A DNA stretch of 11,695 nucleotides from Candidatus Aenigmatarchaeota archaeon (lineage in GTDB: Archaea; Aenigmatarchaeota; Aenigmatarchaeia; CG10238-14; SpSt-28): NCBI GenBank assembly GCA_039000985.1, contig JAWBMD010000016.1:1-11695 (forward strand), written 5' to 3'. Position numbers and translations under genes: made by a program. The notes beneath the pieces were generated by a model. That model saw only the letters and a program-made list of their open reading frames with translations, ran no database searches and had not been told where the DNA came from. Shown piece by piece: positions 1-6,994 of the stretch (position 1 is its first letter; each line of letters starts with the position of its first letter).

Positions 1-129
1 TCAACATTTTCTAAAAGGAGTATTCCACCTATGAGTAGAATACCAAATTTTAGAAATATTGTTTGTCCTCATTGTCATGTAAAAAAAGCTTGTGATCAAA
101 TAGAAATTTTGCATGCAAGAAATATTTGA
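1..129 (+). CDS. 3' end of a gene truncated by the window edge; probable Cas4-like / PD-(D/E)xK exonuclease with a C-terminal Fe-S cluster motif
   Basis: Frame 1 is open from base 1 to TGA at 127-129 and reads STFSKRSIPPMSRIPNFRNIVCPHCHVKKACDQIEILHARNI*. It has PP followed by C-x2-C-x5-C (Cys codons at 64, 73, 91), the C-terminal 'iron staple' spacing of Cas4/AddB/Dna2-type nucleases. It overlaps the fibrillarin start by 17 nt. Only 42 codons are visible. Confidence 0.55.
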   Translation, partial: STFSKRSIPPMSRIPNFRNIVCPHCHVKKACDQIEILHARNI

Positions 130-775
130 GGGAGTTTACAAAATAAATAGTCAAATAGCTACAATAAATTTAGTACCTGGCAAGAAAACTGCTAATGAAA
201 AAATTGTAGTAAAAAATAGAATAGAATATAGAATTTGGGATCCATACACATCTAAACCAGCTGCTGCTATAAAAAATGGATTAAAAGTTTTTCCAGTAAA
301 AAGGGGGATGAAAATTTTATATTTAGGATTTGCTTCTGGAAAAACTGCAACATATTTTAGCGATATAATTGGTGGTAATGGTATAATTTATGGAATAGAA
401 ATTAGTGCAGATGTTTTAAAAGAATCATTAAATGCATGTGAAGAAAGAAAAAACATGATTCCAATATTAGCTGATGCGAGAAAAATTGATGAATATAAAC
501 ATTTAATTTTTGATAAAGTTGATTTGATATATGAAGATATAGCTGATCCTGATATGATAAGAATTTTGAAAATAAATGCTAAAGAGTTTTTAAAGAAAGA
601 TTCATTTGCAATGATTGCAATAAAATCACAATGCATAAATTCTGTTGAAAAACCAAAAGTTGTTTATGAAAAATGTTTAAAGGAATTATCCCAAGAATTT
701 GAAATAATAGATAAAAGAGAGTTAGATCCTTATGAAATAGCTCATTTATTTGTTGTTCTTAAATATAAAGCGTAA
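113..775 (+). CDS. flpA: Fibrillarin-like rRNA/tRNA 2'-O-methyltransferase (box C/D sRNP catalytic subunit)
   Basis: Motifs EYRIWDPYTSKPAAAIKNGL, ILYLGFASGKT (SAM-binding loop), NMIPILADAR, DLIYEDIA, IAIKSQCI and LDPYEIAH match archaeal fibrillarin. The K-D-K-H catalytic residues are present. The 220-aa length is typical. Confidence 0.96.
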   Translation: MQEIFEGVYKINSQIATINLVPGKKTANEKIVVKNRIEYRIWDPYTSKPAAAIKNGLKVFPVKRGMKILYLGFASGKTATYFSDIIGGNGIIYGIEISADVLKESLNACEERKNMIPILADARKIDEYKHLIFDKVDLIYEDIADPDMIRILKINAKEFLKKDSFAMIAIKSQCINSVEKPKVVYEKCLKELSQEFEIIDKRELDPYEIAHLFVVLKYKA

Positions 776-2005
776 AATATTAAATTTCTCTATCCAATCA
801 AATGAAGTTAATATTGGCCAACTCTCAAAATAACATTCAATTCTATTTCCATATTTTTCATGTATATCGGAAGAAATTTTTTTAGTAGAAGTAATAATAG
901 AAAAAACTTTAGCAGCTTCACTAATTCTCCTTTTTAAAGTTCTCATATCTACATCAACTAACGAGAAATTTGGCTTATAACCTATAGATCTATCTCCAAA
1001 ATTATTCCACTCCCAACCATGGAGAAAAGACCACCAAATATAACCATCTATTTTTACTCCTTCTTTCAAAAGTTTTGAAATTTCTTCTAAATGTCTTACT
1101 AAATAATTTGCTTTTAGAAAGTCATTTGAATTAGCTAAGCCATTTTCTGTAATCAAAATACGCTTTCTATATTTTTTATAAACATATTTGCAAAGTTCGA
1201 ACAACATTTCTGGACTTACTTTACAGCCAGTAGTTTCTTTCTTTTTTACATTAGAAACAAATACACCATAATAATTCATTCCAATAAAATCTAAATAATT
1301 TCTTAACCCATTTAAATAATTGAAATGAAACCAATTATGAATTTTAGCAGAAATTGATTCCAAAATATTATTTTTATTGTATGGAACAGCAATCACAAAT
1401 GCATGAGCAATCCCAACTTTTGAATTCTTATCGTTCTCCTTAATTATACTATAAGACTCTTTTATAATTTCAGCCATATTTTTACAGCACTTTAAGAACT
1501 TCATTATATTTGTTTCATATGGATAAATAACCTTATACAAATAAGCTAATGAAGCATAAATTATCGGCTCATTTATAACAACATAATAGTCTATATAATC
1601 TTTAAACTCTTTACTAACTAGATCAATATAATTAAGAAATCTTTTCATACAATCCTTATTTAGCCATCCCCCTTCCTTAGAAAACCAAATTGGGTTTGTA
1701 AAGTGATGTAAAGTTGCTACAATTTTTATATTGTAACTCTTAAGTTTTTTTAAATACTTTTTATACCAATTTATAGCATTTTCATCTATAAAACCTTTTC
1801 TAGGTTCTATTCTTGACCATTCAATTGATACTCTCAAAGCATTAAAGTTAAGATCTTTTGCTATCTTTAAATCTTGTTGATAAAATTCATAGTGATTAGC
1901 AGTACGAATTGGTAGTAAATCACAATTAGAATTTCCATAATGTTGATAATCAGATAAGGCAGCTCCAAATAGAAAGTCATTTGGAAAGTAAAACTCTCTA
2001 CCCAC
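746..2005 (-). CDS. Glycoside hydrolase family 1 (beta-glucosidase/beta-galactosidase)
   Basis: GTG start. Motifs FPNDFLFGAA..YQ, RVSIEWSRIEP, TLHHFTNP, acid/base INEP, GMNYYG, nucleophile ITENG and GYIWWSF..WEW are present. Its 3' end overlaps the fibrillarin 3' end by 30 nt. Confidence 0.95.
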   Translation of the reverse strand: MGREFYFPNDFLFGAALSDYQHYGNSNCDLLPIRTANHYEFYQQDLKIAKDLNFNALRVSIEWSRIEPRKGFIDENAINWYKKYLKKLKSYNIKIVATLHHFTNPIWFSKEGGWLNKDCMKRFLNYIDLVSKEFKDYIDYYVVINEPIIYASLAYLYKVIYPYETNIMKFLKCCKNMAEIIKESYSIIKENDKNSKVGIAHAFVIAVPYNKNNILESISAKIHNWFHFNYLNGLRNYLDFIGMNYYGVFVSNVKKKETTGCKVSPEMLFELCKYVYKKYRKRILITENGLANSNDFLKANYLVRHLEEISKLLKEGVKIDGYIWWSFLHGWEWNNFGDRSIGYKPNFSLVDVDMRTLKRRISEAAKVFSIITSTKKISSDIHEKYGNRIECYFESWPILTSFDWIEKFNILRFIFKNNK

Positions 2006-2039
2006 AATTAAATTTTGTTTTTATGTTTATTATATCAAT

Positions 2040-2116
2040 AGCTGGGAGTGGGATTTGAACCCACGATTAACGCGCTCTGCAGGCGCGCGCCTTAGACCTG
2101 GCTCGGCCATCCCAGC
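2040..2116 (-). tRNA. tRNA-Cys (anticodon GCA), intron-less, CCA not encoded
   Basis: The reverse complement folds as a cloverleaf: acceptor GCTGGGA/TCCCAGC, D arm GCCG-AGCCAGGTCTA-AGGC, anticodon arm CGCGC-CTGCAGA-GCGCG (anticodon at 2080-2078), T arm GTGGG-TTCAAAT-CCCAC. The discriminator is U73, a tRNA-Cys identity element. ATT follows rather than CCA. Confidence 0.97.
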
Positions 2117-2151
2117 ACAATATAATTTAATATTTTATTAAATAACTTTTA
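2117..2151. promoter_or_regulatory. Putative bidirectional archaeal promoter (two opposed TATA-like boxes forming an inverted repeat)
   Basis: The only 35 bp between the divergent tRNA-Cys and DUF99 genes contain ATTTAATA-TTT-TATTAAAT (2125-2143). TTTAATAT lies on + at 2126-2133 and TTTAATAA on - at 2142-2135, with purine-rich AAAAG (BRE-like) upstream of the minus-strand box. The AT-rich background lowers specificity. Confidence 0.6.
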
Positions 2152-2715
2152 ATGATAAAAAAAGAAATTAGAATAGTGGGAATGGATGATGGATATTTTG
2201 AAAGGGGGCAAAAAAATGTTTTAGTTGTTGCAACTATTTTTAGGGGTGGTTTATTTTTAGATGGTTTGCTTTCAACTTATGTTGAAGTTGATGGTTTAGA
2301 TTCTACAAAAAAATTAATAGAATTAATAAATAATTCTCGACATAAAAAACAAATGAAAGTTATAATGCTTGATGGAATAACTTTGGGTGGATTTAATTTG
2401 GTTGATATAAAAGAATTGTTTGAAAAAACAAAAATACCAATTATAGTTATAAACAGAAAAATGCCAGATTTAGAAAAAGTAGAAATGGCTCTTAAAAAAT
2501 TTGAAGATTTTGAAAGAAGAATGGAAATTGTTAAAAGAGTTGGAGAAATAAAAAAATTTAAAAAAATATTTTATCAAAAAATTGGTTTAAATGATGAGGA
2601 ATGCAAAAACATAATAGAAATATCAACAACAAGAAGTGATATACCAGAACCATTAAGAATTGCTCACATAATAGCTGCTGGAATAACTAGAGGAGAAAGC
2701 TATGGACGTGCTTAA
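2152..2715 (+). CDS. DUF99 / UPF0215 family protein (endonuclease V-like, RNase H fold)
   Basis: Family motifs IRIVGMDDG, VEVDGLDST, VIMLDGITLGGFNLVDI, IPIIVI and IPEPLRIAHIIA are present. The 187-aa length is typical. Confidence 0.92.
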   Translation: MIKKEIRIVGMDDGYFERGQKNVLVVATIFRGGLFLDGLLSTYVEVDGLDSTKKLIELINNSRHKKQMKVIMLDGITLGGFNLVDIKELFEKTKIPIIVINRKMPDLEKVEMALKKFEDFERRMEIVKRVGEIKKFKKIFYQKIGLNDEECKNIIEISTTRSDIPEPLRIAHIIAAGITRGESYGRA

Positions 2716-3382
2716 TAAAATTAAAGAATTCAATAAAAAGGATTATAGCATTATAGTTTATTTAGTATTAACAATTCTAATTTTTTATTTGCTAAAAGTT
2801 AAAGATATTACAAATTACTGGATTGCAATAGGTATTTTAACACTATCTTATTTTTTCTCAAGAAATTCCATGCATGAATATTTTATTGCAATAAACCTTA
2901 TAGCAATATTTCTTTATTTTTTTATTTCATTATTTTTAAAATCAAATCCACCAATAGTAGCAATAGTTAGTTGCTCGATGGCACATACAAATAAAGAAAG
3001 AATAGAAATTAATCATTATAGCTGGTTGGGAAAAAATTTTAATTATAGTAAAGAATTTGTATCAAAATTTCCTTATAGCAATGGATTTTTACCTGGGGAT
3101 ATTGCTATAGTTAAAAAAGAAAATAAATATAATGTTGGGGATATAATTGTTTTTATGAAAGAGGGTATGACAGCACCAGTTATTCATAGAATTGTGAAAA
3201 TTAATAGCGATAATACATATCAAACAAAAGGAGATAATAATAGTGGGCAATTACCTTATGAAAAATCTATAAAAAATGAAGAAATAATCGGTAAGGTTAT
3301 TTTAATAATTCCAAAGCTGGGGTATTTAAAATTAATGATTACTAAATTATTTGGTATAAAGGGTGTTCAAATAGCATGCTAA
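2702..3382 (+). CDS. sec11: Signal peptidase I, archaeal/ER type (S26B, Sec11-like)
   Basis: About three N-terminal hydrophobic segments, then PIVAIVSCSM (catalytic Ser), GDIAIV, GDIIVF, PVIHRIV (catalytic His), TKGDNN and IIGKV..IPKLG. It overlaps DUF99 by 14 nt, with SD-like GAGGAG just upstream of the ATG. Confidence 0.92.
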   Translation: MDVLNKIKEFNKKDYSIIVYLVLTILIFYLLKVKDITNYWIAIGILTLSYFFSRNSMHEYFIAINLIAIFLYFFISLFLKSNPPIVAIVSCSMAHTNKERIEINHYSWLGKNFNYSKEFVSKFPYSNGFLPGDIAIVKKENKYNVGDIIVFMKEGMTAPVIHRIVKINSDNTYQTKGDNNSGQLPYEKSIKNEEIIGKVILIIPKLGYLKLMITKLFGIKGVQIAC

Positions 3383-3383
3383 A

Positions 3384-3713
3384 ATGAAGTTTTGTGAAAA
3401 GTGCAACTCTGCATTAAAACCTGTAATGAAAAATAAAAAGGTTATGCTTTATTGTAAAGTTTGTGACAAGTATTACAAAATAGAAAGTAGTGAAAAAATA
3501 ATAATGGAAGAAAAAGGTAAGAAAATTGGTGAAATAAAAGTTCTGGGGAAAGCTGATATTGAAAAAGATTTACCAAAAACTAAAATAATATGTCCAAACT
3601 GTGGTAATGATGAAGCATATTGGTGGATGCAACAAACAAGAGCAATTGATGAACCACCTACTTTATTTTATAGATGTGTTAAATGCAAATATACATGGAG
3701 AAGCTATGGATAA
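3384..3713 (+). CDS. tfs: Transcription factor S (TFS; RNAP cleavage factor, RpoM/TFIIS family)
   Basis: Two zinc ribbons (CEKC/CKVC and CPNC/CVKC) and QTRAIDEPPT with the intact acidic DE hairpin; 109 aa. Confidence 0.97.
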   Translation: MKFCEKCNSALKPVMKNKKVMLYCKVCDKYYKIESSEKIIMEEKGKKIGEIKVLGKADIEKDLPKTKIICPNCGNDEAYWWMQQTRAIDEPPTLFYRCVKCKYTWRSYG

Positions 3714-6700
3714 ATTAATTTTAAACCTTTTAACTCATTAAAAATTCCAGCTATAACATCTTGATAATATAAATTACCTTTTTCAATTTCATCCATATTC
3801 TCTTCTAATTTTCTTGTCGTTTCAACAGAAATTAAAGAAGGATACTTTTCTTCTAAAAACTTTATAACTTGCTTCCCCAATTTAGTTGGAATTATTCTTT
3901 CCTTTATTTTAATAACATAACCTCTTTCAAAAAGCTTAGCTATTATTGCTGAATATGTGCTTGGTCTACCAATTCCTTCGTTTTTCATTCTTTCTATTAA
4001 ATCTCCCTCTCTATATAACCAAGCACTTGGGATTTTTTTAATGCTTGCCTCAACTATTTTATACTTTCCTTTTTCAATTCTTTCTTGCTTTTTAATATAA
4101 GAAAACTTCAAAAATCCTTCATCTTTAACATCAACTATTCTCTCTAAGATTTGAGAATAACCATTTAAGCTTGCTTTTATTATTTGTTTAACAATCATTC
4201 CACTTTTACATTGACTAGCTATAAACCTTTTGAATATTAAATCATATACAGAAAAATGCTGTCTTGTTAATTTTATTGGTAATCTCATTAATTTTAAATT
4301 TATAAGTTGCTCCAGTTCAAAACCATCTATACTTCTTGTTGGTCTTATACATTCATGTGCTCCTTCCTTAAAAAATTTCTTTGGTTCAAAAATCGAACTT
4401 AAATTTTTCTTTTTTAAATATTCCTCAGCTATTCTAATACCAACATCAGAAACTGTTGTTGAATCTGTTCTTATATAAGTTATTAAACCAGACTCAAACA
4501 AATCTTGAGCAATTCTCATTGCTTCATTTGAACTAAGTTTTAAAATAGAGCTTGCATCTTTTAAAAAAGAATCTGTTGTATATGGTGGTAATGGTTTAAT
4601 TGTTTCATCAATTTCATTTTCATCAATTTCAACAAATTTATTTCCTATATCGAACCTTTTCTCCTTTATTTCAAAAGATACTTCCAAACCATTTTCTGCT
4701 TTTATTGTTAAAATTTTTTTCTTTTTTGAATATTCTTTTGCATTTTCAACAACCCATTTTAAAAGAGGGCTTTGAACTCTTCCAGCTGATAAAGTTTTTC
4801 TATTAAATTCTTTTTGCAAAACTTCACTTAAAGAATAACCAACAAACCTATCCTCTATTCTCCTTACTAGCTGACTTTCAACAAGCTTTTCATTTAATTC
4901 TAAAGGTGATTCAATAGCTTGCAACAAAGCTTTTCTTGTAATTTCCTTTATAGCTAGTCTTTTTATGTTTTCATTTATTGTTTTTAAGTTTGTATAAATA
5001 TCAAAACATATTTTTTCTCCTTCAGCATCAAAATCTGTAGCTATGAATATTTTATCATGCTCTAAAGCCAAATCTTTTAAAACATCCATTATTACTTTTT
5101 TGTTAAAAACATCATTACTATTACAATAAGGACAAGTTAAACCATCTACAAATGTTTCATTACATTTATTACATTTTTTTATATAATCAAAAGCTGGTAT
5201 GAATTTATTTTCAAAAATTCTTACACCATATAAACCACCTTCATTTTTTAATTCGAATAAATGACCTTGAGTAGCAACAATTGAAACCAAATATTTTCCA
5301 ATTATGCTTTCAAAAACATTTATCCCATTAATAATTCTTTTAGCTGGAATTCCAAAAAATCTAGAAATCGTTCTAGCTTTTGTTGGACTTTCAACTATTA
5401 TTAAAGCTGAATCAAAATATTCAACTACTATTTCTTCTTTTCTTTTAATTTTTTCTCTATCTTCATCAACTTTTTTTATTGTTTCAATTAAACTTTTTTC
5501 ATCAATTTCTTTAAATTCCAAATCATCTATAAAAATGCTAATCTTTTTTTTCAAATCATTAAAAGCTTTTTTATCATCAATTATTAAAATGGATAAACCC
5601 TTAGAAATTCCTCCAACAAATAATCTAGATGTTCTCCCAGAACCTTGGATATATGCTAATGGATCTGAAACAAACAAATAAAAATCTTCATTTTTTCTAA
5701 TTATTGAAGCAAATTCTGTTTTTTCAATTTTTTCAATAAATTCTTTATTTATTATTGAGCTTAAAAAATTGTTAACTTCATTCATTAATTTCTCATCTAT
5801 ATAACCTTCATATAAAAATTTTGTATAAATACTGCTTAGCTTATCTATAAAGTATTGAACTTTAGCTTTTTGATAATTATCCTCTAAAAATGGTAAAATA
5901 TTTCTTAAAAGCAAAATCATTTTTGGTGGAGAATTTTCATAATTTAATCTAATTTCTATTCTTGGAACTCCATAAAATATAGCATATCTTATTCTCAAAG
6001 GTAAATCTATTCCCCTAGCTAAAGGACTTCTATAAGAACCAATACCAATTAAAACATCTATTTCACCATTTTCAAATTTCTTCAAAATATTTTTTTTCTT
6101 TGAATCCAAAAACAAAGCATTAATACCATTTTCTTTAAGCTTATTTTCTACTTCTTTACCAAAATCAGAACCTTTACTCATCGGAACAAAAATCAAACCA
6201 CCAGAACCAATTTTTTTAATTAGATCGACAATATTTGCATCATATGTAATGTAATCATCTATATTTCTAATAAATTCTGGCCTAAAACTAAATTCAAACC
6301 CCATTCTTTCCTTTAACATTCTATATCCTCTACTTCTCTTCAATCCTTTTAATGTAGCACCAGAAACAATTATTATACCATTTTCTTTTCTAATGTTCCA
6401 AACTTTTTCCACATTTTTTGAATTTTTTAAAAAATTGTCTAAATCATCTATGAAAATCAAATCGAAATAAATATTTTCCAGTCTCTTTAAAAATCTATCA
6501 GAAGTTATTAAAATTGAGAAATCATTTGCTTTAATTTTTTCCAAATTTTCTTTTTTAGCTTTTTCACTTAGTTGGGAAGAATAGCAAGCAACTTTTACAT
6601 CAATATTATTTCTTTTTAAAATATCAATAGTTTTCTCATAAACATGATTAACCAAAACAGATGTTGGTAATATTATGTATGATTTTTTATTGTTTAAAGC

Positions 6701-6994
6701 ATAAAAAATTGAAACAAGTATCCCAAAAGTTGTTTTACCACAGCCAGTTGGTGCAATTAAAGCAAAGCTTTTTCCCTTTGAAAATTTAGAAAGCCAGCTT
6801 TTTTGTATTTTAGTTGGTTTATATCCAAGAATTTTAGAAAAGAAGTTTTCCAATTCATTAAACTCTTTTTTAATTTTTTCAAAATATGTTTCTTTATTCA
6901 AACATTTGCTACATTTACCAGTAGCAATTAATTCTTCATCTGTTATTTCTCCATTGCAATTTAAACAACCAGAATAAAAAATAGTTCTTACCAT
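3704..6994 (-). CDS. rgy: Reverse gyrase (SF2 helicase-like domain fused to a type IA topoisomerase), single chain, no intein
   Basis: N-terminal Zn finger CLNC..CSKC, Walker A APTGCGKT, DDLD, SGAT, RGIDLP, latch, YIQGSGRTSR, Toprim IVESPTKA and ATDFDAEGE, second Zn finger CNKC..CPYC, SAGRVQ, catalytic GLITYIRTDS (Tyr840), GAHECIRPT and GIGRPSTY. Confidence 0.98.
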   Translation of the reverse strand: MVRTIFYSGCLNCNGEITDEELIATGKCSKCLNKETYFEKIKKEFNELENFFSKILGYKPTKIQKSWLSKFSKGKSFALIAPTGCGKTTFGILVSIFYALNNKKSYIILPTSVLVNHVYEKTIDILKRNNIDVKVACYSSQLSEKAKKENLEKIKANDFSILITSDRFLKRLENIYFDLIFIDDLDNFLKNSKNVEKVWNIRKENGIIIVSGATLKGLKRSRGYRMLKERMGFEFSFRPEFIRNIDDYITYDANIVDLIKKIGSGGLIFVPMSKGSDFGKEVENKLKENGINALFLDSKKKNILKKFENGEIDVLIGIGSYRSPLARGIDLPLRIRYAIFYGVPRIEIRLNYENSPPKMILLLRNILPFLEDNYQKAKVQYFIDKLSSIYTKFLYEGYIDEKLMNEVNNFLSSIINKEFIEKIEKTEFASIIRKNEDFYLFVSDPLAYIQGSGRTSRLFVGGISKGLSILIIDDKKAFNDLKKKISIFIDDLEFKEIDEKSLIETIKKVDEDREKIKRKEEIVVEYFDSALIIVESPTKARTISRFFGIPAKRIINGINVFESIIGKYLVSIVATQGHLFELKNEGGLYGVRIFENKFIPAFDYIKKCNKCNETFVDGLTCPYCNSNDVFNKKVIMDVLKDLALEHDKIFIATDFDAEGEKICFDIYTNLKTINENIKRLAIKEITRKALLQAIESPLELNEKLVESQLVRRIEDRFVGYSLSEVLQKEFNRKTLSAGRVQSPLLKWVVENAKEYSKKKKILTIKAENGLEVSFEIKEKRFDIGNKFVEIDENEIDETIKPLPPYTTDSFLKDASSILKLSSNEAMRIAQDLFESGLITYIRTDSTTVSDVGIRIAEEYLKKKNLSSIFEPKKFFKEGAHECIRPTRSIDGFELEQLINLKLMRLPIKLTRQHFSVYDLIFKRFIASQCKSGMIVKQIIKASLNGYSQILERIVDVKDEGFLKFSYIKKQERIEKGKYKIVEASIKKIPSAWLYREGDLIERMKNEGIGRPSTYSAIIAKLFERGYVIKIKERIIPTKLGKQVIKFLEEKYPSLISVETTRKLEENMDEIEKGNLYYQDVIAGIFNELKGLKLIYP

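Noticed and set aside
388..636. 82-aa ORF on the minus strand
   Set aside because: It is an antisense shadow of fibrillarin with F/S/I/L-rich composition and no motifs.
1007..1016. CCACTCCCA, matching part of the tRNA-Cys 3' end (possible att site of a tRNA-integrated element carrying GH1)
   Set aside because: The match is only about 9 bp, is in the opposite orientation to the tRNA and is explained by the Trp-Glu-Trp codons of GH1. No integrase is present.
4230..5681. Plus-strand ORFs 4230-4478, 4600-4806 and 5304-5681
   Set aside because: They are antisense or off-frame shadows inside reverse gyrase. Their hydrophobic look comes from reverse-complemented Lys/Glu codons.
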